Shown: in pieces, positions 16,712 to 25,131 of the stretch | Position numbering within the stretch: the stretch's first letter is position 1 | How the letters are laid out: every line of letters begins with the position of its first letter | The notes under the pieces: model-generated | The model's database searches: none | What the model was told of the DNA's origin: nothing | What the model saw: the letters and a program-made list of their open reading frames with translations, nothing else | Made by a program: the position numbers and the translations under genes | From: an uncultured archaeon | GTDB taxonomy: Archaea > Aenigmatarchaeota > Aenigmatarchaeia > CG10238-14 | DNA length: 36,130 nucleotides | Direction of reading: 5' to 3' | NCBI GenBank assembly: GCA_964386885.1 | Contig: CAYLUO010000001.1 | Location: forward strand, 1-36,130

Positions 16712-19210
16712 TTAATTCACCGTTGTATTCGGTAATTCCAATCCTAATATTTTTGATTCTCCATTTTCTAAAGACATACCATATATTCTATTACCTTGTT
16801 TTATTGTGTAATCATTATGTGTAATAACTATAAACTGTTCTTGTTCTGAAAATTTCTTTAGCATATTCGCAACCTTTTTTGAATTTACTTTATCCAATGC
16901 TGCATCAACTTCATCTAATATATAAAATGGAGCTGGCTTATGTTTTTGAACAGCAAACAAAAATGCCAAAGCAGTTAATGCTTTTTCACCACCAGACATT
17001 GCGTCAATATTTAATAGATTTTTTCCACCAGGAGTTGCTTGAATCAATAAACCAGTTTCTATGTCTACTGGATTTTCAAGTTCTATTGATGCACTTCCAC
17101 TTGTCATTTCCCTGAAAACTTCTTTGAAATTTTTATTAATTACTCTTAAACAAGTATAAAATACATCTCTTCTTTTTTCCTCTATTTTATTCATCATATT
17201 TTCAACAGAACTTTTCTCATCACTTATTTTATCATATTTTGATTTTAATTTATCAAACTCTACTTTAAATTCATCATATTCTCCGATTGCTTTCATATTT
17301 ATTAAACCAAAAGAAGTTAATGTATTTTTTATTAATTGCATTTCTTCTTCCATTTTTTCTGGGTCTTCATCTATATATTCTGTTTTTTTATGTTTGTCAA
17401 CTTCAATTTTCCAGTTTGCCATTTCAGCTTCGGTTCTTGCAGCTTTTATATTTAATCTATTAATTCTACTTTGTAATTTCATTCTTTCTTCAAAAAATTC
17501 ATTTCTATTAATTTTCATTTGTTCAAGATCTTCATCAAATTTCTTTCTTTCTTTTTCTAAATCTAAAACTTCTTTACCACTTTCTTCTTCACCTTCTCTT
17601 AACTTATCTAATTTTTGATTTAATTGACCAACTTCTATTCTCATGAAATTAATTTCTTCTTCAAGATCTTTTTTGCTTTGTTCATATGAATCTATTTCAG
17701 CAGAAGAAAATTCAGTTTTTTTCGTATAAAATCCACCAATCATTGCTCCAGATTTTTCAGATAAATCACCATCTAATGTTACCATTCTCATTCTTCCAAT
17801 TCCTAAATCTCTTGCTATACCAAGATTTTCAACAACTACTGTATCTCCAAAAATGTGTTTTATTGCATTAGAATATTTTAAATCATAGTTTATCAAATCA
17901 GATAATAAACCAACAACTCCAGGGGTTTTCAATAATTTTTTTTGTTCAAAAGTTAATTCTCTTTTTCTAATCTTATTTAATGGAAGTAGAGTTGCTCTTC
18001 CAATCTTTTGTGCTTTCAAGAAATTAATACAATCAATTGCAGTCTGAGATCTATCAACAATTATATTTTGTAGTCTAAATCCAGCAGAACTATCAACTGC
18101 AGTTTCAATATTTTTAGGAACTTTAATTAAATCTTTTACTGTTCCAAATATTCCAGATTTTTTCAATCCTAAAATTTCTTTAACACTTCTCTTAAATGAA
18201 AAACCAGTATCTGATATTAACTTCAATTTATCGATTACATTATCCAATCTTTCCATTTCTCTTTGATTGGATTCTATTTTATCCTTATTTCTTATTATTT
18301 TATTTTTTATCTCTTCTATCTCTTCTTTTATTCCAGCTTCTTTTGATTTCATGAATATATTTTCTATCATCCCCTCTCTTTCTTTTTCTAAATTTTCTAT
18401 GTCTTTCTCAAGTTTTGTTATATCTCCTTCAAGCTCTTTTATTTTCTCTTCAGAATTTTCTATTTCTTGTCCAGTTGATTTGAATCTTTCTTCTTCAGTT
18501 GAAAATTTTTTATGGGCAAGAGACGCTTCTAATTTTTCTAATTTAGCAGTTAACTCTTTGAATCTTAAGGCAGTATTTCTATCTGTTTCTAATTGTTGAA
18601 GTCTTTCTAATCTTTCTGTTAAAATAATTTCAACTTCTTTTAATTTTTCTCCGACTTTATAAAGATCTTTTTGCGCCTTTTCTTTTTTATCATTATATTG
18701 GCTTATTCCAGAAATCTCATCTATAATTTCCCTTCTTTCTTGAGGAGTCATTTTTATTACTTGAGTAATATCACCCTGCATGATTATGTTAAATCCATCA
18801 GGATAAATTCTGGCTGATGATAAAAATTCTAGAACTTTTTCTCTTGTTGTAGTTTTTCCATTTATTTTATATGTACTTACTCCTTTTTTGTTGACTTTTC
18901 TTTTTACTGAAATTTCTGGCATATCCATATTAAACAAATTATCAGAATTATCTAGCCATAATGTAACAGATGCATAATCTGATTGAGGAATTGATTTATG
19001 TCCATGATAAATTAATTCATATAGTCTACCGGCCCTCATTGATTTAGTTGATGCACTTCCTGTAACAAAAGAGATTGCATCAAGTATATTGCTCTTTCCA
19101 ACTCCATTTGGTCCGCAGAAAATATTAAATCCTGGAAAGATTGGTATGGATATTTTTTTTCTGAATGATTTAAATCCTTGTACAGTTAGACGGGTTATTC
19201 GTGTCTTCAT
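16712..19210 (-). CDS. smc: Chromosome segregation ATPase SMC (unusually short, about 832 aa)
   Basis: The N-terminal head has QGFKSF and Walker A GPNGVGKSN. The central hinge has GIFGTVKDLI and EKSGAMIGG. The C-terminal head has the signature motif SGGEKALTALAFLFA and Walker B FYILDEVDAALD. The ORF track starts at TTG 19219; the ATG at 19210 gives MKTRITRL. Confidence 0.9.
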   Translation of the reverse strand: MKTRITRLTVQGFKSFRKKISIPIFPGFNIFCGPNGVGKSNILDAISFVTGSASTKSMRAGRLYELIYHGHKSIPQSDYASVTLWLDNSDNLFNMDMPEISVKRKVNKKGVSTYKINGKTTTREKVLEFLSSARIYPDGFNIIMQGDITQVIKMTPQERREIIDEISGISQYNDKKEKAQKDLYKVGEKLKEVEIILTERLERLQQLETDRNTALRFKELTAKLEKLEASLAHKKFSTEEERFKSTGQEIENSEEKIKELEGDITKLEKDIENLEKEREGMIENIFMKSKEAGIKEEIEEIKNKIIRNKDKIESNQREMERLDNVIDKLKLISDTGFSFKRSVKEILGLKKSGIFGTVKDLIKVPKNIETAVDSSAGFRLQNIIVDRSQTAIDCINFLKAQKIGRATLLPLNKIRKRELTFEQKKLLKTPGVVGLLSDLINYDLKYSNAIKHIFGDTVVVENLGIARDLGIGRMRMVTLDGDLSEKSGAMIGGFYTKKTEFSSAEIDSYEQSKKDLEEEINFMRIEVGQLNQKLDKLREGEEESGKEVLDLEKERKKFDEDLEQMKINRNEFFEERMKLQSRINRLNIKAARTEAEMANWKIEVDKHKKTEYIDEDPEKMEEEMQLIKNTLTSFGLINMKAIGEYDEFKVEFDKLKSKYDKISDEKSSVENMMNKIEEKRRDVFYTCLRVINKNFKEVFREMTSGSASIELENPVDIETGLLIQATPGGKNLLNIDAMSGGEKALTALAFLFAVQKHKPAPFYILDEVDAALDKVNSKKVANMLKKFSEQEQFIVITHNDYTIKQGNRIYGMSLENGESKILGLELPNTTVN

Positions 19211-19219
19211 ATAGCTCAA

Positions 19220-19573
19220 CTAGAGGGCGTTGCTTAGTAAGATATAAACAATTAGCCAAACAAGAATATAAGTCATAAAAGTATTTGATAATATCCATAT
19301 TCCAAGCTTTTTTGTTGTTACTTTTTTTGTGATTGGAATCAAAGTGCAAAAATAGATTCCAAAAACCAAAAGGAAAATCATACTAGTGCTTTTTAGATAG
19401 TATGATATATATCCAACAACGCAACCCAATATTGTATATAATATTGCTGCAACCTGTTCTTTTTTCATACTATTTATTTCTTTTACAATTTTAAATGAGT
19501 TTTCTTTATAACCGCTCAAAGTAGTAAACTTGCTTCTATTAACATCCAAATAAGGTTCCAAATTTATAAGCAC
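19220..19573 (-). CDS. Hypothetical small membrane protein upstream of smc
   Basis: Three predicted TM helices lie in the C-terminal 80 aa. The start is uncertain: GTG at 19573, in-frame TTG codons, or ATG at 19468. The stop abuts the smc start region. Confidence 0.4.
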   Translation of the reverse strand: MLINLEPYLDVNRSKFTTLSGYKENSFKIVKEINSMKKEQVAAILYTILGCVVGYISYYLKSTSMIFLLVFGIYFCTLIPITKKVTTKKLGIWILSNTFMTYILVWLIVYILLSNAL

Positions 19574-19652
19574 ATTTTAAATCGAGCTATTTCTTATGAT
19601 AGAAGAAATTGATAGAAAATTTTCAGATTTTTCCAAACAACTCTTTGAGTTT

Positions 19653-19660
19653 GGAGGTGA
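19653..19660 (+). promoter_or_regulatory. Shine-Dalgarno GGAGGTGA ahead of a TTG start
   Basis: A strong SD lies 5 nt upstream of TTG 19666. The downstream ORF has no in-frame ATG at all. Confidence 0.45.
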
Positions 19661-19665
19661 AGAAA

Positions 19666-20010
19666 TTGGGAGGAGAAATATATAAAAATAATAGAGATAA
19701 TGGAATAAAAAAATCTATAACACAATACTGGGGATTTCTTCCTTTTGCCGGAGGATGTCTTGGATCTGGACTAGGCTATATAGGAGGAAACATTGGTGGA
19801 ATAGTTAAAGAAATAGGATCGCAAGTACCATATCTGGTTGGATTAGAAAGTAGTGCATATTCTATTGGAGACAGGATATCAGATGTTGCTGCAGACTCGT
19901 TACATAATGGGTATAGTACTGGGTCACAATTAGCCGCTATAGGATTCTTTGCTGGAGTGATTCTTACTGTAAAATTCAAAAACACGATCAAAGATTTTTT
20001 TAGAAAATAA
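19666..20010 (+). CDS. Hypothetical glycine-zipper membrane protein (operon gene 1)
   Basis: The ORF opens at 19609 (TTG) and has no ATG. TTG 19666 is preceded by GGAGGTGA. It has a Gly-zipper helix (FAGGCLGSGLGYIGGNIGGIV) and a second hydrophobic helix (LAAIGFFAGVILTV). Confidence 0.5.
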   Translation: MGGEIYKNNRDNGIKKSITQYWGFLPFAGGCLGSGLGYIGGNIGGIVKEIGSQVPYLVGLESSAYSIGDRISDVAADSLHNGYSTGSQLAAIGFFAGVILTVKFKNTIKDFFRK

Positions 20011-20026
20011 AATGGAGGTGTAAAAA

Positions 20027-20347
20027 ATGTCAGAATTTGAAACATACGTTCCAAAAAAGAGAGATTTTATCTCTGGTGGTATTGGTTTTCTCTTAGGTAT
20101 TTTTGGTGGTGACAAAATAAAAGGATATGTCAATAAAAAAGTCGATGGAATGTCAGAAAGAGTAGGTGAAAACATTGCAAAAAAATTATATGAACAAAAT
20201 CCAGTTCCTGCACAAGACACACCAATACAACAGGCTGTAGATTATGCAAGATTATGCACAGCACTAGAAAAACTACCAGATAAAATCGGATACAAAGTAG
20301 AAAAAAGTGTTGAGAAAGTAATGAAACAAAAAAAGAAAAAAGAGTGA
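20027..20347 (+). CDS. Hypothetical single-pass glycine-zipper membrane protein (operon gene 2)
   Basis: 106 aa. A GGAGGTG SD lies 6 nt upstream. The helix is ISGGIGFLLGIFGG, followed by YVNKKVD and a Lys-rich tail. Confidence 0.55.
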   Translation: MSEFETYVPKKRDFISGGIGFLLGIFGGDKIKGYVNKKVDGMSERVGENIAKKLYEQNPVPAQDTPIQQAVDYARLCTALEKLPDKIGYKVEKSVEKVMKQKKKKE

Positions 20348-20353
20348 GGCAGA

Positions 20354-20752
20354 ATGGAAGAGAATCCAATTGGTAATGTACTTGGAATTATTTATGGAAT
20401 TAAAAAATCAGCTGAAGCATTCGAAGGTGCTTTCAATAACTATACAAAAAATGCAGATGATGGGCAAGACTATGATATGAAAATCATTGAAGCTGGTGCA
20501 GCAGAACTTTTAAGGAGATATGATATAGACAGTGTTGATAAAATAGAAAATATATTACCAGAAAAATACAAGCAATTTTTCAATATGTTTAGATCTGTTC
20601 CTTGGGACAGAACAGTTGATATAATTTCAATTGCATTAAAAGAAGTTGGAAAAGGCGAAAGCGGAGAATATAATATAACAGAAAATGTCATACAAAATTA
20701 TCTTGGAAAACTTTTGAAAAATAAAATTAAAGATGCAATCAAATTATGGTGA
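20354..20752 (+). CDS. Hypothetical soluble protein (operon gene 3)
   Basis: 132 aa. There is a 6-nt gap from the previous stop and a 7-nt overlap with the next gene. No family recognised. Confidence 0.5.
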   Translation: MEENPIGNVLGIIYGIKKSAEAFEGAFNNYTKNADDGQDYDMKIIEAGAAELLRRYDIDSVDKIENILPEKYKQFFNMFRSVPWDRTVDIISIALKEVGKGESGEYNITENVIQNYLGKLLKNKIKDAIKLW

Positions 20753-21150
20753 TAGACATTGACAACATATTCGAAAAAATCATGCAATATGAATCAAGAT
20801 TGGTTAGTCTAGACATCACAGAAAAAACAGCTGAATATTTTAACGAAAACTCTGAAGATAAAAAACAAAGAATAAAAGAATTATATGAATTGAAAAAGGA
20901 AATTGTTTATGCTGATATAAACAGTTATTACAAAGATAGTTTTCTCAGATCAATAGATCAATACTTGGAACTTTTAGAACCCAAATCTAAAAAAGACAAT
21001 GGATATGCTAATGATTTATTACTTCTTTTGCTAGGAGCTGGATTTGGAATTATTGGCAAGCATTATTTTGATAAAACTGTTGAATCTCTTGAAACAAAAA
21101 TGACAGACGGAATTGTAAGGAGATTTGAAAAAGGGTTGATTCAAAAATGA
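20746..21150 (+). CDS. Hypothetical protein with a C-terminal glycine-zipper helix (operon gene 4)
   Basis: 134 aa. A helical N-terminal region is followed by LLLLLLGAGFGIIG and then YFDKTVE. This is the same arrangement as gene 2. Confidence 0.5.
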   Translation: MVIDIDNIFEKIMQYESRLVSLDITEKTAEYFNENSEDKKQRIKELYELKKEIVYADINSYYKDSFLRSIDQYLELLEPKSKKDNGYANDLLLLLLGAGFGIIGKHYFDKTVESLETKMTDGIVRRFEKGLIQK

Positions 21151-21608
21151 AAAATGGAGATATATTAGAAAATCTTACTGCTGAATTATATAGGAAAATG
21201 GGCTTTGATACAGAACAAGATATAATATTAGAAGGAAAAAGTGGATCTATACATCAAATAGATGTGATAGCAAAGAAAAAATCATGGAGAAAAAAAGAAA
21301 CGTATTTTATTGAATGTAAACTCAGAACGAATAGTTATGTTGGAAAAGCAGATGTGTCAAATTTTCTTTTAGCCTTAGACGACTTAGGACAAAAAGATGG
21401 TTCAGTTGTTACAAATTCACGCTATTCTGAAAATGCTCTAAAAATAGGCGAAAGATATAATTTAAATTTAATAAATGATGAAGAATTGAGAAATGCTTGT
21501 AGAAAATATGGAATTAAATATAATATTTCTGAAGTTAACAATGATCCTGTAGAATATTTAGTTAAAACAGCTTTTGATTTTCTAGGGATTGGTAAACAAA
21601 AGGCTTAA
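21147..21608 (+). CDS. Stand-alone Mrr-type restriction endonuclease domain protein (PD-(D/E)xK)
   Basis: 153 aa. LTAELYRKMGFD...IHQIDVIAKK...YFIECKLRTNSYVGKADV...GSVVTNSRYSENA fits the Mrr_cat layout (D...E-x-K core, then ivT.s.ft..A). It overlaps gene 4 by 4 nt (ATGA). Confidence 0.75.
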   Translation: MKNGDILENLTAELYRKMGFDTEQDIILEGKSGSIHQIDVIAKKKSWRKKETYFIECKLRTNSYVGKADVSNFLLALDDLGQKDGSVVTNSRYSENALKIGERYNLNLINDEELRNACRKYGIKYNISEVNNDPVEYLVKTAFDFLGIGKQKA

Positions 21609-21648
21609 GATAATTTAAATTAAAAAATTATATTAGGAAGATGATTAT

Positions 21649-21963
21649 ATGCCTTTTTCGAATGCATTGAATGATGCTATGGATCAAGAACTTTTTTTAG
21701 ATTTACCTCCACTTGGATTTGAACGACCAGAAAATAAAAGATTAACACCTGGCACTGTTTTGACGCCCAGAGAAGAAATGGAAATATTATCTCAAAGACA
21801 GTCATATGATTTAAATCTAGGAGATGGAAAGGTCATTGGATATATTTGCATTAAAAATGGAAAAATTAATCTTTATTCACCAAATTCTCTTAGACTCAAA
21901 TATGAACGTTTAAAGAATTCAATAATAAATTCAATAAAAAAATATATCCCAAATCCTTGCTAA
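21649..21963 (+). CDS. Hypothetical protein (operon gene 6)
   Basis: 104 aa, 40 nt downstream of the nuclease gene, ending 8 nt from the tRNA 3' end. No family recognised. Confidence 0.4.
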   Translation: MPFSNALNDAMDQELFLDLPPLGFERPENKRLTPGTVLTPREEMEILSQRQSYDLNLGDGKVIGYICIKNGKINLYSPNSLRLKYERLKNSIINSIKKYIPNPC

Positions 21964-21971
21964 AATCAAAA

Positions 21972-22046
21972 TAGCGAGGAGTGGATTTGAACCACCGGCC
22001 TCAGGGTTATGAGCCCTGCGAGCACTCCAGGCTGCTCCACCTCGCT
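21972..22046 (-). tRNA. tRNA-Met (CAU), initiator-like
   Basis: The reverse complement folds as a 75-nt cloverleaf. The acceptor is AGCGAGG/CCTCGCT with an A1:U72 pair. The D arm is GAGC/GCTC. The anticodon arm is CAGGG-CTCATAA-CCCTG, with three G:C pairs next to the loop. The T arm is GGTGG-TTCAAAT-CCACT, and the discriminator is A. No CCA is encoded. Confidence 0.9.
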
Positions 22047-22086
22047 TTTCTAACTAAAATACGATATTATTATATGTATTTATAAA

Positions 22087-23127
22087 TTATAGCTTTTCAA
22101 ACAATTTTATAAAAAATTTATTTCCTCTTGTATTTTCTCTAGAATTCTTAATTTCTATCAATTTCAGATCTTCTAAATGTTTAATATATTTTCTAAAAGT
22201 AGGTTGACTTATTTCTCCAAACATATCATTATATTTTTCATTCAGTTCTATTGATGTAACATCTTTCTCATTTTTCAAAATATCTAATATATTTTTTTCA
22301 GCATCATCTAATTTTGATTTTATTATTTTTTCTTTAACATTTCCAGAAATATTTTTCAAAATTTCTTTTACATGTTTGATTCTTAATTTTTCGTCATCTT
22401 CAGCTAATCTAGCAGATTTTCTTAAAAGTTCCAACCCAGCTCTAACATCACCTTTATTCGTGGCATAATTAGCAACTAAAAGAGCAACACCATTCTCAGC
22501 AAAAGAGAACGCATCTTTGATTCTTTCAGATATAATATCTTTCATTTCTTCCAAGCTATAAGACTTAAATTCTATTTCTTCTATATCCAAACTACTTTTG
22601 ATCCTTGGTTCAACATTAATAAAAATATCATGATGGTTTGATATAAAAACTAATCCAATTGGAGTGTCAATATATTGGTTTAATCTTAATAAATCATAAA
22701 GTGCTTTCTGGTCTTTTTTTACTAATTGGTCAACTTCATCTAAACATATTATAAGCCCTTTGTTTTTCTTCAGAAGTTCTATTAATTTTTCAATTATCTC
22801 ATCTTTTGAAAATCCACGCCTTGGCATTGGATATCCTAAACTTATGATTATTTTCGTTATAAGTGCAGCAGATGTGTTATAATCCCAAGTGTTGATGTAT
22901 ATTGTTTTTATTTTATCAGAAAATTCTTCAAATTGCCTGAAAACATATTTTATACAAGCAGTCTTGCCTATTCCTGAACCACCATATATAAACATATTCT
23001 GAGGAGTTCTATCAGATGCAGCAGGCTTTAGATTATCTGCTATCTGTTGTATTTGTGTTTCTCTGTGTGGCAATATCTCTGGCAAATATTCTGGAGATAA
23101 TACTTTTTCATTTTTTATTAGTTCCAT
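22087..23127 (-). CDS. cdc6: Orc1/Cdc6 replication initiation protein
   Basis: 346 aa. AAA+ Walker A is GGSGIGKTA and Walker B is LIICLDEVD. It has the EYLPEILPHRE N-terminal motif and a C-terminal winged helix. Confidence 0.93.
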   Translation of the reverse strand: MELIKNEKVLSPEYLPEILPHRETQIQQIADNLKPAASDRTPQNMFIYGGSGIGKTACIKYVFRQFEEFSDKIKTIYINTWDYNTSAALITKIIISLGYPMPRRGFSKDEIIEKLIELLKKNKGLIICLDEVDQLVKKDQKALYDLLRLNQYIDTPIGLVFISNHHDIFINVEPRIKSSLDIEEIEFKSYSLEEMKDIISERIKDAFSFAENGVALLVANYATNKGDVRAGLELLRKSARLAEDDEKLRIKHVKEILKNISGNVKEKIIKSKLDDAEKNILDILKNEKDVTSIELNEKYNDMFGEISQPTFRKYIKHLEDLKLIEIKNSRENTRGNKFFIKLFEKL

Positions 23128-23166
23128 AGTTAGATATTATTAATTCAAAAATAAATTTTAAGCATT

Positions 23167-23517
23167 ATGATAGTAAAGAATAGAACAAAAAATACAGATA
23201 TAAAAAATGTTATTTTAGCAGATTCATTTCTATCAAAATCCAAAGGGCTTATGTTCAAGAAAAAAGGAAGATTATTATTAAAATTCTGGATGCAAGATTA
23301 TCATAAAATATGGATGTTATTTATGAAATTTCCAATTGATTTAGTTTTCATAGACAAAAATAAGAAAATAGTTGATATAATAGAAAATGCTAAACCAATG
23401 TCATTTGATCCTAAAACATGGAAATTATATTATCCAAAGAAAAAATGTAAATATATTTTAGAAGTTGAAGCTGGTTTATCAAAGAAATTTTCTATTGGAA
23501 ATCAATTAAGTTTCTAA
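23167..23517 (+). CDS. DUF192 (COG1430) domain protein
   Basis: 116 aa. ...ADSFLSKSKGLMFKK...FPIDLVFIDKNKKIV...YILEVEAG fits the DUF192 pattern. Confidence 0.7.
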   Translation: MIVKNRTKNTDIKNVILADSFLSKSKGLMFKKKGRLLLKFWMQDYHKIWMLFMKFPIDLVFIDKNKKIVDIIENAKPMSFDPKTWKLYYPKKKCKYILEVEAGLSKKFSIGNQLSF

Positions 23518-25131
23518 TAAAAACCTCTTTACAACAAAATCTTTATCTAAACTTTGAATAAGTGGAACTAATCTAGGTCCTTGTGGTTTTCCAAATAAAA
23601 CTAAATAAGCAGCATTAAAAAACTTTTCTGGTCTTATATTTATTTCTTTTGTAATTTTTTTCATTTCATTTACTACTTCTTCTTCTTTTCTATCTTCTTT
23701 CAAGAATTCAGCAAATTTACCTAACGCATCTTTCTGTTCTTTTGTAAGTTCATTAATTATGTCATCAGGAACTGTTTCTAAAAATTCTATCTTGAAACTA
23801 TCCGAAGTATATTCTTTAATCCAATTATTTGTATAATTAAGTAATTTTTCAATTTTTTCTCTTTCAGATCTGTCTGGATCATGATCAAGTTGTTTTAATT
23901 TTTTTAATAATTCTATGGTTCTTTCTGTTTTATTTTGTCCTTTTATTATCTGAGTTATTTGTGATAAAAATTCATAATTTAATTGAATTTTAGATTTTTT
24001 AACAGAACCAATTTGGGACAACTCAAATGCTCTTTTTATATTGTGTTCTTCTCTTTTTGTGTTCAAATTTTCTTTATTGAAATAAACTTTTTCAGCTTTG
24101 TAATAATCATCATAATAATTTGATATCTTATCCAAATCAATTGTCATTGCGGTATGAGGTCTTGTTCCAATATACATATATTTTAGAATTTCTGGATAAG
24201 CAAATTCTAACCATTGTTTTGGTGTTATACCAACAAATCCAGATGCAGTCATTTGACCTAAATCCTTTCCTTTCATTTTTAGACTAACCCATTCACACCA
24301 TATACCATAAGGAGGTTCTCTATCCAATAATTCTTTCGAAAATATCCCACAAGTTTCTCTTGATCCACCAGCTGCAGCATGGTCTTTTCCATATGGTTCA
24401 AACTCTATATCTAATACTTTCCAGATTGCTATCCATTCTAATCTCCAATTCAATTTTGCATTTTCAAGACTTGTTGTTCCTTTATGACCACATTTATTAC
24501 AAACATAATCTACAGTATATTTTTCTAAGTCAAAACCAGTAGCATCAGTGTCATTAATACTCAAACATTTTTCACAAATTGGATTTACAGGAATATAATC
24601 TTTTGGCCAAGGACTTCTTGCTCTAAATCTATTAACAAGTTCTACAACTTTTTTTCTGTTCTTTAAAATTGATTTTACTATTTTCTTTGTTTCAGGCATT
24701 TTATAAAACTCAGATGTTTTTACAATTTTTATATCGAGATCAAAATTTTTGAAATATTCACCAAAATCTTTCCAGAAATGTTCTTGCCAATTTTTACAAC
24801 AACCAAATGGATCTGGAATATTGAATAAACTAACACCAAGATATTTTTGTTGTTTTTCTTTATCATTAGGAAATCCTTTTTTAACTCCTTTTATTTTCTG
24901 GCCGTCCATATCATAAAGAGTTAGATATTGTATAACCTTTCTTTTGTATTTTTGTTCTATGATTTTTTTAACACTATCTTGAATTAATATTTCACTTCTA
25001 AATCTTCCGATATGCTGAGGACCTCTTATAGATAGACCACCATTTAAATGAATAGTCTTTTCTTTAGGAAATTTTTCAATTATTTTTCTAGCTATTTCGT
25101 CAAGCCAGAATTCATATTCTTTTTCTTTCAT
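23506..25131 (-). CDS. lysK: Lysine--tRNA ligase, class I
   Basis: The archaeal class I LysRS N-terminus is WLDEIARKII...GGLSIRGPQHIGRFRSE (HIGH-type motif). A Cys cluster (CEKC...CNKCGH) is present. ATG 25131 overlaps the rhomboid TGA (ATGA). The ORF track starts at TTG 25143. Confidence 0.92.
   Translation of the reverse strand: MKEKEYEFWLDEIARKIIEKFPKEKTIHLNGGLSIRGPQHIGRFRSEILIQDSVKKIIEQKYKRKVIQYLTLYDMDGQKIKGVKKGFPNDKEKQQKYLGVSLFNIPDPFGCCKNWQEHFWKDFGEYFKNFDLDIKIVKTSEFYKMPETKKIVKSILKNRKKVVELVNRFRARSPWPKDYIPVNPICEKCLSINDTDATGFDLEKYTVDYVCNKCGHKGTTSLENAKLNWRLEWIAIWKVLDIEFEPYGKDHAAAGGSRETCGIFSKELLDREPPYGIWCEWVSLKMKGKDLGQMTASGFVGITPKQWLEFAYPEILKYMYIGTRPHTAMTIDLDKISNYYDDYYKAEKVYFNKENLNTKREEHNIKRAFELSQIGSVKKSKIQLNYEFLSQITQIIKGQNKTERTIELLKKLKQLDHDPDRSEREKIEKLLNYTNNWIKEYTSDSFKIEFLETVPDDIINELTKEQKDALGKFAEFLKEDRKEEEVVNEMKKITKEINIRPEKFFNAAYLVLFGKPQGPRLVPLIQSLDKDFVVKRFLLET

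Noticed and set aside
16879-18599. Several plus-strand ORFs (61-110 aa) within smc
   Set aside because: They are antisense to the Lys/Glu-rich coiled-coil coding sequence, which gives Phe/Leu/Ser-rich reverse frames with no start context.
19776-20691. Four minus-strand ORFs (73-96 aa) opposite the hypothetical operon
   Set aside because: The plus-strand genes have GGAGGTG Shine-Dalgarno sites, coupled stop/start junctions and coherent TM/soluble architecture. The minus-strand translations are Pro/Phe/Leu-rich and overlap each other in different frames.
19574-21971. Integrated mobile element targeting the 3' end of the tRNA-Met gene
   Set aside because: There is no integrase or recombinase gene. 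I found no partial direct repeat of the tRNA 3' end near 19.57-19.61 kb. The idea is kept only as context for the operon finding.
22047-23166. Replication origin expected next to orc1/cdc6
   Set aside because: The flanking intergenic spacers are only about 40 nt each. I could not find repeated ORB-like dyad elements or an extended AT-rich unwinding region, so no origin can be supported here. It may lie elsewhere or need whole-contig skew analysis.
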